Source: Octopus sinensis
Lineage: Eukaryota
DNA length: 64,000 bases
Direction: 5' to 3'
Assembly: GCF_006345805.1 (NCBI RefSeq)
Contig: NC_042998.1
Location: 137,888,001-137,952,000, forward strand
Shown: positions 25,039 to 39,017 of the stretch, in pieces
Numbering within the stretch: the first letter of the stretch is position 1
Layout of the letters: every line of letters begins with the position of its first letter
The notes under the pieces: model-generated
The model's input: the letters and a program-made list of their open reading frames with translations, nothing else
The model's database searches: none
What the model was told of the DNA's origin: nothing
Translations under genes and position numbers: made by a program

Positions 25039-27271
25039 TAATTAGTCATGTGATGGAGTCTTGGATAAGGCACATTATCACTTTTATGTTTTATCTTTTA
25101 CTTGTTTCAGTCATTGGATTGTAGCCATGCTGGGGCACTGCCTTGAAGGGTTTAACCAAACAAGTCAACACCAGTACCTTATTCTTTTCAAAGTTTGCTA
25201 CTTATGCTATTGATTTCTTTTGCTGAACCATTAATCTAGGGGGAACACAAATGAACTGGCACCATTAGTTAAACTGTGGTGGTGGTGAAGTAAACATAGG
25301 CACAAAAACATATGAACACATGCACACACACACACACACACATATTAGGCTTCTGCATAGAAGGCACATGGTTTAGTGGTTAGAATGTCAGGCTCACAAT
25401 CATGAGGTAGTGAGATCGATTCATGTGTTGTGTTCTTGAGCAAGACATTTCATGTTGCTCCAGTTCACTCAGCTGTAGAAATGAGTTGTGATGTCACTGG
25501 TGCCAAGCTGTTTCAGTCTTTGCCTTTCCTTTGAACAGCATCGATGGCAAGGAGAGGGGAGGCTGGCGTGCATGGGTGACTGCTCGTCAACTACCTTGCT
25601 TAGACTTGTCTTGGAGGGTAACTTTCTAGGTGCAATCCCATGGTCATTCATGAGCAAAGTGAGTCTTTACCTTTACCTTTTGCATAGATTCCAGCTACTA
25701 AATCCAGTCACAAGGCATTGGCTGGCCTGAGGCTATATAGTAGGTGTTGCACAGTGGGACTGAGCTAAAAACAATGTAATGGCAAAGTGAGCCTCTTAAC
25801 CACACAGCCACGTTTGCACCTGTGTTAACTGAAATATAAGAACTTACTTAGGCCAGAAAATATTTCAGCCTGCAATAGTTGCTGAGACTCTATATGATTC
25901 AAATGCAGCTTAAAATAGAATACTGCTTCTATATCTTGGACAGTGTCGCTGTTGAGGACATAGATGTCTTGTGGAAGCACGTGGCTTAGTAGTTGGGCTG
26001 TTGGACTCACAATTATAAGATTGTGGTTTTGATTCCTGGACTGGGCAATGCATTGTGTTATTGAGCAAAACACTTCATTTCATGTTGCTCCAGTCCACTC
26101 AGCTGGCAAAAATGAGTAATCTTGTGATGGACCGGCGTCCTGTCCAGGTGGGGAGTTTATACACTATGGAAACCGGGGAACCAGCCCTTATGAGTTGGCT
26201 TCACTCGAAGGTACATAGATATATTGGATTGCATTCAGAGTATGACCACTTGATTAATAGGTATTCAATCAATAATGGATATGCTCTTGCCCCTGATTCA
26301 CAGAATCATTGTCTCCTCTCTTTGTTGTTTCTATCATTACTATAATGGCCTCTGTTCCTCAGAGCTGGCTGGTTTTATACTTTCAATACTTAGGCACCCT
26401 TAGCCTACTTGTCTCTCCATCTCTTGATACTCTAGGTGTTTCCAACTTCTTGGCTTCACACTAGCCGACATCTCCAGTTCTTCCTCTCGCAGAACATCAT
26501 ATCTCTGGAATTTTCTTCCACCTCATGTCTTTCCTGCAGGTTGTGACCTGCAATACGTTAAACAGAACATTAACAGTATCTACCAGATTGGTCTTAAAGG
26601 ATTGGCAACAGTCATGAGCAGTGACCTTTACTTGAAAGTCAACAAGTTAAAAAAAAAGGTTCTGAAGAGAAACAGTACTAAGAGTGGAAAAAATAGTTGT
26701 TGAGACCCCCTTCAGTCATGACTGACCGTGGGATTGCACCTAGAAAGTTTCCCTCTCAGGCATAAGTCCGGGCAAGTTTGCTTATGGAAGAACAGCAGTC
26801 GCCCATGCATACCGGCCTCCCCTCTCCACGCCACCAGTGTTATTCAAGGCAAAGGCAACAGCAGATACAGCTTGGCACCTGTGATGTCGCAACTCATTTT
26901 TACAGCTGAGTGAACTGGAGCAACGTGAAATAAAATGTCTTGCTCAAAAACACAACACACAGCCCAGTACGTGATTCGAACTCACAACCTCACGATTGTA
27001 AGCTCGATGCTCTAACCACTGAGCCATGCGCCTTCACATTAGGAGTGGAAAAAATGTTTAAGAAATGTTCATATGAATGCATTAACTTATTTATGCTTAT
27101 GCTTGCCTTATCTATCGCAGATACTGTTTTGCGTGTGCAGATAGTAATGAACAAAGGTTAGATAAACTTACATAACCTATATAAGCTGCCATCATTAAAC
27201 TATGCCCATGACTTTGGTCATGCACATTGAACATTGTGCATGACTAAGATTATGAGAAGGTGTATATTCTT

Positions 27272-27475
27272 GCTGTTGTTGTCATTGTCGTCGTTGTCAT
27301 TGTCGTCATCGTTGTCATCATCTTCGTTGTTGTGATCGACGTCGTTGTCGTCGTCGTTGTCATCGTCGTTGTCGTTGTTGTTGTCATTGTCGTTGTCATC
27401 ATCGTCATTGTTATCGTCGTCGTCATCATAATCATCGTTGTCATTGTTGTCATCGTTGTCGTTGTCCTCCTCTGC
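27272..27475. repeat. Imperfect (GTY/ATC)n trinucleotide array followed by (CA)n
   Basis: gttgtcattgtcgtcgttgtc..., with (CA)n at about 27502-27555. Confidence 0.9.
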
Positions 27476-27498
27476 TACAACTACCATCATGAACATTG

Positions 27499-27560
<62 letters not shown>

Positions 27561-27986
27561 AACAGGGATTTCAAAATCTAGGCAAATACTTTATAAGCAC
27601 TGTGTGGTAATCTGAACTTGGCTAACTATATCAACCAGCAGGAAATATACTGCATATAACTTTACTAATGTTGGTGGCATGAAAAAAATACCCAGTACAT
27701 GCTGTAAAGTGGTTGCCATTAGGAAGGTCATTCAACTGTAGAAATCATGCCCAAGCAGACATTGGTGATGATCTGCATTAGGCTTCTTTCAATTTCCATT
27801 TGCCAAATTTCCCTCACAGAGCATTAGTCAGCCTGAGGCCATGGCTAGAAGACACTTTCCCAAGGTGCCATGCAGTGGGACTGAACCTGAGACCAAGTAG
27901 TTGAGAAGCAAATTTCTCACCCACACAGCCATGCCTGCAACCTCAGTTATTTTGATATAAAAGTAAAAAAAATTTTTTTTTTCCAG

Positions 27987-30020
27987 AGTAAAAGAAATAC
28001 GTCCTGAATCAAGCAGTACCCGAGTGATGAGGAAAAAATCTGTTGATGCAAATCCTGGCAAAAATACACACACTATGGCTGGTACATCACCTTGTATTTT
28101 CCACCCTTCCAATATAGTTTGTTCATCAACTCCTATAAGACGACAGTGTTCAGAAATTATTTCTTCTGAACCACCAAGAGCAACAGAATCTCCAATATTT
28201 TTTGATCCCAATGAAAGTCCAGGACATGGACACCGTATTCCTCACAAAGTTAGAAGCAGGTTTAATATTCTCCCTGACAAAATTACTATCTCTAAGTGTG
28301 TTCCACCACAAGATAATTCCACAGTGGCACAAATACTTGACAGGAGTTTTTCTTCTGATATAGAATTTGAAGATTTGCTTGAAGAAAATTCTGGGAAGAA
28401 CTCTAAGGTGAAGAATTTAAATGAATATAGTGAAAATGAATTACTTACTTCTGATTTTAATTATGATTTGAATGATCTCAATAAATCTGCAGAATATGAA
28501 AACTCCAACATGAAATGTGAACATGATGGAGATCAACAAATACAGTTACTAGAACTTAAGTGGAAAAACAGTGATATTGCTTCTTCATTTACTTCACAAA
28601 ATGTTGTCACACCAGTGGCACGGACTCGTAATCATTCTGATCCTGGTGTTTCCTCCACTCAACTGAATACATTGGATGGTGGCAAAATGAAAAGACCATT
28701 TTCATCTGATTTTATACACTGTTCAACAGAAGAGAATTCTGATGAGGGTGTTGACTGTGAATACTGGTTTGGTAGTCCGAAAGAGATTCAAAGATTTGAA
28801 TCAGCACTTCGTTTTGATATGGCTCAAAATGAGGAATTTGATCTGTCATCTATTACTCATATGAAAACTGTATTTCCTTTACCACCGACTTTGAAAACTA
28901 AATTCTGTGATAATAATAAACGAATGACATTGAAGAAAGATCAGGAATCTGTAAGAAAAAATAATGCATTCAGTAAAAATTCAGTTAAAAAAGTTCAGCT
29001 AGTTAATGTTAAACAAACAGAAATAAATTGTTTCGGAGATAGTAGAGAAGACTCGTTACAAAAGAAAACTAATTTATTAGCATCAAATCGAAATAAATCC
29101 TCTGATGCAGCAGATCACGATTTTCAAACACCTTCTTCAGATGATAGAAAAACTAATTATGTTAATAGCTGTATGATTTCTTTCAATGTTCCCTGTACAG
29201 TAAGCAACACAGCAGTTCCGGTCATTCCATCACAGAGTGATGATTCAATTTGTACTTTCGATAGCCCTGTAGATAGTTCTACTCCAACTAAATATCTTGA
29301 AATGCCCACAGCATCTAAATCATCTTTAGCAAAGGAGCTGGACTCCCACACTACAAATGATGCCCTTGTTTATAGCTTTTGTTCTCAAGATGGTGAAAAA
29401 GTTGAAGAATATTTCCTATGCTCAGAACCAAAAAGTTCTTGTGTTGCTATTGAAAGTAATTCAAATACCATAAATTCTGCAGACAATCCTTGCTCTCAAA
29501 CAAACCTTCACAATATTAAAGATGGTAGTGATAAGTGCAGTGTATCTACTTCACAAGTAGCTGAAAATAAAGAAGAACTATGTAATAAAAGCCAAACTAT
29601 GTTGAAACAAAATTCATGTCAAGTGATACCTAAAACATCAGGTGATTCGTTGTTTAGTCAAAATGGTTCCATTACAGATGTCTGCTGCTGTACTTCTGAG
29701 ACTGATTCTTCTTTACTTCTTCCCAGACAACACAAAAGTGATTTAGAAGTTGTAACAATAGACACTTCATTATCTGAAAACAAAGCTTGTGCTAATATTT
29801 ATTCTGAGGCAAACTCTTCTGCACAAACAGTTTTGACTTCAGTATCTAAGAAAAGACCCAAAGCTGCTTTTTCTCCAATTAATTCACAACCGGTTTTGGA
29901 TTTTACCTCTTGCAAGACTAATGGCTCTTGTTCCAGCCAAACGACACTCCCTGCGCCTGTCTTACCAAGTGGTTCATCAGTTTCAAGATCTGGACAAGAA
30001 ATCATTCATAATGAAATCCA
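27987..30020 (+). CDS. KIF24: KIF24-like large internal exon encoding a Ser/Asn/Thr-rich, probably disordered tail
   Basis: ttttccag|A GTA AAA GAA gives (R)VKEIRPE, the expected continuation of RYANR. It is in frame with track ORF 28024-30024 and ends ATC CA|gtaagt. 2034 nt, phase 2/2. Confidence 0.88.
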
Positions 30021-30801
30021 GTAAGTGAAAAATAAACTTCATTTGTGATATCCTCCTCCTCCTCCCCCTCCCCCCACCAACCTCCTCCCCATCCCCTCCT
30101 CATTATCATCCACCCTCCTCCTCCCCTCCTCCTCCTCTATCATTTACTATTGGCCATGTCTTCACCCATGTGCTCCATTCACAACATTCACCTAACCACT
30201 GTCGCTCTCCTTTCACACATTTATGAACTTATCCACCAATCTTCCCTTTCTCATTCTCTGTCCCTTTTCTCTCTTATATTAATCTCCTTGTACATTGAGA
30301 GTATGCCCTGACACTTCGTCACCACCATCTTATTTTTGTTTCCAGCTTGAGTAGTCATGTGTCTCCTCTACAGCTAGACACCTGTTCCTATTCCTCTATC
30401 CTATTTTAACCTCTAATTACCTGGCATAAAGCCACCTCCACTCAGTTAAAGAATCTTGTCTTACAAGTTGCTTGGTGACTTCACTAGTGCCAGTGCTACA
30501 AAAAAAGAACCCAATACACTGTATGATAGCTGATGTCAAGAGGAACATATGACCATAGAAACCATGTCAAAGTAGACACTGGAGCTTGACACAGTTCTCT
30601 GGATTTCCAAATCCTGTTAAACTGTCCAGTCCATGCCAGCATAGAAGACAGATGTTTGGTGATGATGATGATGATGTTGTTGAAGAGTATTTTATTTCTT
30701 GTCAACTCCTTTCCCTTATACCATTCTATAGATTTTGGGATAATATTTAGTGTTTTATTGTAACAACAGGTGTTATACTACAAATTTATCAAGTGAGAGG
30801 A

Positions 30802-30850
<49 letters not shown>

Positions 30851-33800
30851 ATTATTAAAATGCTGAATGAATATTAATTATAATAAATAGCTTATAACTA
30901 TTACTAGGACTGCCATTTCTTCTCAATTACAATCTCCTATTTGTATATTTTAATCTGGCCTTGTACTAAAATTAGAAAGAATTATTATTATTATTATTAT
31001 TATTATTGGTTTCAAATTTTGATACAAGGCCAGCAACTTTAGGATGGGGCTAAATTGATTAAATTGACCCCAGTGTTCAAGTGGTATTTATTTTATCAAC
31101 CTTGAAAGGATGAAGGGTAAAGTTGACTGGCAGAATTTGAACTCAGAACGTAAAGATGTATGAAATACTGCTAAGCATTTTACCCAGTGTGCTAATGATT
31201 CTGTCAGCTCACCACCCTAATTATTATGGGAGGTTAGCAGAATCATTAGCACATTGGACAAAATGCTTAACAGCATTTCTTCTGACTCTATGTTCTGAGT
31301 TCAAATCCTGCTGATTCACTTTTATCCCTTCAAGGTTGATAAAAGGAAGTACCAGACAAGTACTGGGGAGTGATGTAATTGATTTTGCCTCTCCCTTCAA
31401 AATTACTGGCCTTGAACTCTGCAGTGGGCTGGCATTCTGTTCAGGAGAAATGTTGTGATCTCGGTCACTGATATACCGTGGAAACTGGGTAACTGGCCTT
31501 ATGAGGGCTCAAGACAACAGAAAAAAAAAAAAAAAAGATCCATGTGGTTTCAGAACTGGAAGCTTGTGGTTATGAAACAAACTTCTTAACCACACAGCTA
31601 ATACCTTTTAATCATAATAATGGTAAATTAGAATTTTCCCATAACATCTCAATCAAGTGGTTAATCACTAGAAAAAAAAAAAGAAAAAGAAAATTGCAAT
31701 AATAATATATCTGAAACCAGAGTTATTTGGCAAATTACGGAAGGTTATAAGCGAAAACCTTCATTATTTATAGTGTAATTTGGCTAAAGTTGATTGATTA
31801 CTATTTATCAAACAAATTATTATGGTGATATTGTTTCTCCCAATATTTGGCAGTTAATGTAGTGAAATATCATTGTCTCTGTTGATGTAGCCAGTTTAGA
31901 ATTCTTTGCTTTTAGTCTTTTGATGTTTTTATTGATTGTCACTTTTATATACACTCTTGTTGACTTCATCTTCTCCACAACTTCCCTGTGAAAGTTGAGA
32001 AAACATTTAAAATTCTAATGTATAAAAATTACTGAGCAGCTCAGTGGTTAGGGTAGCCTGCTGTTGACTGTTGAGTAATTTTTATCCGAGTTTTCCTCTC
32101 TAGCTTCTGACTACATAGGCACGTAAAATAATAAGTGCAGGCAGGTTATATAGTTTACAAGTATATCTATGGTAAAGAAGCTTGCTTCCCAACCATATGG
32201 TCTCAGGTTCAATCCCACTGCATGGCAGCATAGGCAAGTATCTTCTACTAAAGCTCCAGTTAAACCAAAGCCTTGTGAGTGGATTTGGAAGATAGAAACT
32301 GAAAGAATTCAGGCCAACTAAAACCTTGTGAGTGGGGATTTGGTAGATGGAAACTGAAAGAAGCCTGTTGCATATATATATATATATATATATGTATATG
32401 CATTTGTGTCTTTGTGTCAATGTTTGCCCTTACCACTACTTGACAACTGCTGTTGGTAGGGCTACATCCCTGTTACTTAGCAGTTTAGTTAAAGAGTCCG
32501 ACAGAATAAGTTGCAGGTTTAAAAGAAATGATAAATATTGGGATTGATTCATTTGACTAAAATTCTTCAAGGTGGTACACCAACATGGCCACAGTCTAAT
32601 CACTGAAACAAGTAAAATATAATATAATATAATAAATATTTAAACCACCTGATGAATGACTGTAACTCGAAAATTTAAAGAAATTAACAGCCATGAAACA
32701 ATCGTAGTGATATATTAATTATATTTTTTTAATAATTTTGTTATATATTTAAATAATATAAATTAAATAATCTTATGTATTGGATTAAGTTTTTCATTGT
32801 ATGATTTGCCTAATAGTGGTTTTGTCTCTAATTTAATATAATATAATATTTTACTATAAGATTGGATTCAATCCTAAATCTGATTTTTCCCTGTAAGTTT
32901 GGATTTATTCCCTAATATTTATTATATATATATATATATATATATATAGATGAGAGAGAGAGAGAGAGAGCGCGATAGACACACATATGCATACATGTGT
33001 GTGTGTGTATCCTTGTCTTGATATCATGTAATGGTTGTAATTGGGCATCATCACCATGTGAGTGAGCTTGTTTCAAATCTTACTTGAAAAATATGTCTGG
33101 CCATGGAGAATATTTGTTTAGAAATAGGTATCTGGTTGTGGAAAATCTACCTCAACAAATTCCATCTGACCTGACCTGTGCAAACATGGAAAAGTGGATG
33201 TTAAATGATGATGCTACTGTCATATTTGCCTGCAAGTGATGACTGTGTTTTTTTGTCTATTTTTTGTGGTATGTTTTTGTTGTAATTTAATTTTGGTGTT
33301 ATAGACTTTTGCATGGCTTACTTAACAGAGTAAGGCAAGTAAATTTTAGAAAAATTTTATGGAAGTGTAAAGAAAATAATGTTTGTCAATTGGCAGGCCA
33401 CTACAAGGTTCATCCAGTCCTTGTTGCATTGTGGTGGTTTGTGTACCTCAATGACCCTGGGAGGTATGTCAGCAGAATGCAAGATCCTTGTAGGGTCTCC
33501 CAAGCTGGACAGGTCAAATGATAGAAGCCAGACTAATACAGACCATGTCTTCCCAGAGGTAAAAATAGGTTTGCATATGGCCAACATCCCTACCTGGAAT
33601 AAAAGCAAAGATACAGTGGCTGTGTTGTAAGAAAATTGCTTCCCAACCTCATGGTTCTGGGTCCAATACTACTAAATGGCAGCTTTGAGAAGTGTCTTCT
33701 ATTATAACTTTGGGCTGACCAAAACCTTGTGAGTGGATTTGGTAGACAGAAACTGAAAAAAGCCTATCGTATATATATCTGTGTGTGTGTTTGTGTCTGT

Positions 33801-34029
33801 GGCTGGCCTCTACCACCACTAGGTGTTGGTGTGTTTATGTCCCCATAACTTAGTGGTTTGGCAAAAGAGACTGATAGGATAAGAACCAGGCTTAAGAGAA
33901 ATAAGTACTGACAGTCTATTCAGTTGTTTAAAAAAAATTCTCTGAGACGGTGCTTCAACATGGCCACAGTCTAATGACTGAAACAAGTAAAAGATATAAT
34001 ATAAAAGAAAGATCTCTGACAATTCAAAA

Positions 34030-34210
34030 CTAACAAAGCCTGGGAGTAGAAGGCCTCCCCTCAAGGAAACATAGATAGGATACTGAGGCAGAGGTGAAAA
34101 GTAGGGATCCAACTGGAGAGAAACAGAAAAGACAGCCCAAAGTCAAGAACTGTGGAAAAAAGTCATCAATGGCCCGTGCTACATAGCATTGTAGGGCTTA
34201 AGTAAGTGAT
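34030..34210 (+). mobile_element. Short 3' relic of another LINE (TAAG-type tail)
   Basis: GSRRPP.KET*...NWRETEKTAQSQELWKKVINGPC..GLK then taagtaagt. Resembles G.R..GRPK.TW..W...AQDR..W..V.GLC. Confidence 0.4.
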
Positions 34211-36114
34211 TTTTGACAGGGGTGTGTAGTAACTCTGAAATTTATTTTATAGAAAAATATTTGAAGCTAAGAGTCACAGTCAAACTGTACTAGTAGATCA
34301 TCATTCATTTGTTGTGGTTCAGTGAAAATACAACTTGTGTAGATGTGTGGGCTGTTGATAGATCAGGACTTGAATGTAGGCTATTGGTTGGGGTGGAGTG
34401 GGGTTTGGGTGGGTGGGTTGTAGGAGGGAGAGTTGAATCAGCTTAATCTCAGCAAGGTCATTCACTGCATATTTATGAGTTAATTTTAATTTATTTAAGA
34501 TTTCTTGGAGATTTTGTTTATGATGTTGAGTGACAGAAATGTCATTCTTTCATGTTTGATACTAAGAAAATTTGAACTTAGTGCATATATACTAGGTTAT
34601 CATGGGGATGGGAGTGGTTTGGTTCTAAAAAACAAACACAGTGATAAATGAAACAGTGATAAATGCATCATGTCCATGCTCACTTGCAAATGGAATAAAT
34701 AGTACATTCTTTGACACCAAACTTGTGCCCCACAGCTGAAAAGCTTCCACCATCACATATTTTGTTGATCATCTCTCTACTGTTTCTTATAGAAAGTACA
34801 CTTGCTTGTGTTGTTTGTCAGGACCAGGCACCTTTGTATTTCTCCTCTTCACTGGTCTCATGTTGATGGGTATGAGTACATAAATTCATTTAAAAAATAC
34901 ACAGCCTTGAAACAGAGTCATGTTAACACAAGTGCTTTCTGGGTAACTGAGCATTGTGGATGGTTGGTGGGGTGCATTTTTCTAGTATTGGCAGAATCTT
35001 CAACTGGATCAGTGATGAATTAATTAGTAATAGACAAGGCTACATGTATTTCAATCTCATAATACCATGTTATAATTCTTCTTGTTACTCCATTAGTAAG
35101 TTAACATGTATGTTACATTTTGCCTGTTGGCCACTGTTCCGTTCTTGTTTGTTAGTAATATATGCATTTCAATCCAGAATATATATTGGGAACTATCTAA
35201 CAAATATTAAATGAATTTTAAAGCAATTTTATTTTGCAAAATATTGCATTTGTGAACCATTAGTTTTCTAACTTCTTTTATTGGTAGTTTTGCTAGGATA
35301 ACTATAATGGATTATTATGATATATCACAGTTTATGGTTTTAGTGTATCTGTACCATATATTTCTGTACTATATCTGTACTATATATTTAGTTTATCATA
35401 TCTGTCCCACATTTTCACATTTACTTTATAACTATATAAGGAGTCTGTCAAAATAAACATATATATTTGTTTATATGAGAAAACCATATGTATATTAATA
35501 TTAAATTATTGCTAGGGCAGTGAGTGGGCAGCGTTGTTAGCACACCTGACAAAATGCTTAGTGGCATTTTGTCCATCTTTACATTTTGAGTTCAAATTCC
35601 GCTGAGGTCAACTTTGCCTTTCATCCTTTTGGATCTTTTGAATGCTGGGGTTGATGTAATCAACTTATCCCCTCCCTTTGAAATTTACTGGCCTTGTGTT
35701 AAAATTTGAAATCAATATTAAATTATTGCATTCATATTTGATAAATCAAGTCAATTGTTGCTTTATATTTCATCCACTCTGATCATAAGCAGTTGTTAAT
35801 GACAAGGATAATGTTTGAAAAGAATATGATTTCACTACAGTGAAACTTCATCATGAAAAAATTTTTCCCCCACAAAATTGCTACAAAATTTATCTTATAG
35901 TAATGTACACACCAGAAAGGATTGTTGCATTTCATATGTTACTCTGCATTGAAATAATAGTTCCAGTGTGATCTATTTTGTAGCATCAGAAATTATTTTT
36001 CAAATATAAAATATAAGAATATTGTAGAGATTGTCTACCCTGTGGAATATCCACAGGTCCAGCTAGTGCTTATTAATTTCTTTGTTCATTTAACGCCTAT
36101 ATTATTTTTCCAAT

Positions 36115-36650
36115 GTGTATGGATGAGGACAGCTACATACAGGAGTGTTGATCTCTAACTGTGGAGAGAACCTGTGAAAGAGGTAGACCCAGAAAACATG
36201 GGACAAGGTGGTGAAGTATGATCTTCGGATGTTGAATCTCATGGAGGTGATGACAAGTGATCGAGAGCTTTGGTGATTTGCTGTGCTTGAGAAGACACAT
36301 CAAGCCAAGTGACTAGCATGGATATCAACATCCTGTACATTCACACGCACACATGCATGCACGCACGCATGCACGCACACACACACACAGAGCACATGCA
36401 CTTACTCCAAATACACTTACACACATACATGACCAGTCATGACCAGTGCCGATGACATGTAGAAGGCATCCTGTGCTATTGACACATAAAAGGCACTCAT
36501 GCCAGTGATACATGAAAGGTGCCCAGTACACTCTGTGGAGCTGTTGCTGTTAAGAAGGGCATCCAACCAAAGAAACCAAGCCAAACCAGACTGGAGCCTG
36601 GTAGAGCTCTCTGGCTGACCACTTCCGGAAAATGGACACTAAATGATGAT
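36115..36650 (+). mobile_element. RTE LINE 3' end
   Basis: MDEDSY..LTVERTCERGRPRK.WDKVVKYDLRMLNL..MTSDRELW..AVLEKT, then a 3' UTR and (GAT)n tail. Confidence 0.7.
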
Positions 36651-36848
36651 GATGTTGATGATGATGATGATGTGAGCATTTTATTGTCTGAAGCTCTTCT
36701 TGTTGCTAACCCCAGCTTGTTTTTTAAGAAAGGGATTTTTATTGTAGATATTTTTAAGAGTATAAAGCAGTCAGTTGTAATATCAACATTTTCAACATCA
36801 TCTCAGTTTCACTCAAGTTGTGACTAGCATGGATATCAACATCCTGTA

Positions 36849-36935
<87 letters not shown>

Positions 36936-37298
36936 GCACGCACGCACGCACACGCACACACACTCACATGCACACACACACACACGGAGCACATGCACTT
37001 ACTCCAAATACACTTACACACATACATTCACAACTACCCTGCTGGTATTGTTGAAATTCTAATGAAAGAGCCTTGGATCTAGGTTAGAAACCGGCTCTTT
37101 CTTCATTAGAAAGAAATCTAGAAGTAAACTAAATAATGACATACAGATATGCATGCAGACATGCTTGGCTGTGTGGTTAATAAGTTCATTTTCCAATCAT
37201 GTGGTTTTGGGTTCAGTACCACTGTGTGACACATTTGGCAAGTATCTTCTACTATACCCAGGGCTGACCAAGGCCTTGTGAGTAGATGGAAAAAGTCC

Positions 37299-37368
<70 letters not shown>

Positions 37369-37824
37369 TGAATGGATGTGCATGTTTCTGTCTCTCTGTC
37401 TTGACATCATATGAAACTTGTAAAATTGCGTACCACCATCACAGCTGGTTTCATTCATTTTCAGTCTTCTGTGAAAACATGTCTAACCATGATAAAATAT
37501 TAACCTGCTTGGAAATAAGTAAGGGTTGGTGATAGGAAGGGTATCCAGCCACAGAAAATCTACCTCAACAAATACCGTTGAAAAGTGGACATTAAAATGA
37601 TGATGATTATATCATCAGGACTCTTGTAGAAGACACCCAAAGAACCATGTACTGGAGACTGAACCTGAAATTATATTTGAAACAAAGTTCATAACCACAC
37701 AATCATACCTGCATCTATTTACATAATGCAAAAATGCTCACTCTGTTTACAATAGAGAATTGAAATTCTTCATGATACAAATTGAACATTAATGTAGTTG
37801 TTTTGTTCTCTCATCTAGAGTAGC

Positions 37825-38135
37825 CGGAAAGGGTTATATAATGCTGATCCCTCTTTTCAAATTAAAGCAGTCTGGGAAGCAATGTGTAGCAACATGTTCT
37901 GCAGCTCTAACTCACAGCATCTGCTGAAAACCTTGGTGTTATCACTTGTAGCATGGAGGAGAGAAAAATTGATAAATACAGGAGCCTGACTGGCCACTAT
38001 CAGTTTGTGCTGGTTGCTGTCACGATGTCAGATGTTCTAGGACCCTGTACTGCTGATTTCTTCCACAAAATAGAGATAATGGTAGCCTGTCGGAGACATG
38101 AACCCTGTGAGGTTGCTGGTTATTCTCTGCAGCAA
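37825..38135 (+). mobile_element. 3' relic of a CRE-clade (RLE) non-LTR retrotransposon
   Basis: MLIP..; VWEAMCSNMFCSSN (cf. WDATCxNTF..SN); ERKIDKYRSLTGHYQFVLVAV..DVLGPCTADFFHKI..EPCE. Confidence 0.6.
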
Positions 38136-38803
38136 CACCATTTATTTCTTTATTACCCACAGGGGGCTAAACATAGAGGGGACAAACAAGGACAGACAAA
38201 GGGATTAAGTCGATTACATCGACCTCAGTACGTAACTGGTACTTATTTCATCAACCCTGAAAGGAGGAAAAGTAAAGTCGACATCGGTGGAATTTGAACT
38301 CAGAACGTAGTGGCAGACGAAATACCGCTAAGCATTTCACCCGGAGTGCTAATGTTTCTGCCAGCTCACCGCCCTTGTGGTCATTACCATGGGGTGTGGC
38401 TGAGCACCTCACATGTTCTGGAATATGTGGCCCATTGTTCCTTCTGTCTTCTGTTGCTGTGCTTCTGCCTCATTTTTTCTCACTTTTTTTCCTTTTTCAT
38501 CTCTATTTCTCTCCTGTTTCTTTGTATTTATGTAAATCTTTCAAATTTAACATTTACTTCAAATAAACAAATTGTATTATATAAGAAAAAAAGTTAAGAA
38601 ATATCCAGCTACCTAACAACTTGACTAACTGTGATTCTGTGATTTTCATGCTATTAGAATTTAAAAGTTGGAGTAAAATATTTTAAAATCAAGCTAATAA
38701 AAATTAAGAAATTCGGTGATGTCTAATATAATTTTTTAGTTATTAGTGATGGAAGCATTATTAGTGTAAAATATCTCGTAACAAAACATATAACTTGTTA
38801 AGG

Positions 38804-39017
38804 TTATCTTTACAGATTTTTCTGTAGACATTCCAGCCAGCACTGATTTGTTATAATGTTTTGTATCTGAATACATCTGATGTAAACAACAATTTTCCTA
38901 TTTTGCCTACTTTTCCATCTTTGATCACATTGTTATTTACATAAGACATATTCAGATATGAAATGTTGTAACAAATCAGTGCTGGCTATAATTTCTATAG
39001 AAAATCTGTAGAGATAA
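38804..39017. repeat. MITE-like inverted repeat (~90-bp arms)
   Basis: agccagcactgatttgtta..tctgaata / tattcaga..taacaaatcagtgctggct. Confidence 0.75.

Noticed and set aside
27218-27610. Asp/Asn-rich and Val/Ile-rich ORFs
   Set aside because: Both are readings of one intronic trinucleotide array; there are no splice signals or unique coding context.
28024-30024. 666-aa ORF as a stand-alone gene
   Set aside because: It is in frame with an upstream acceptor that continues the kinesin motor (RVKE), and its stop lies inside a GTAAGT donor. It is an internal KIF24 exon.
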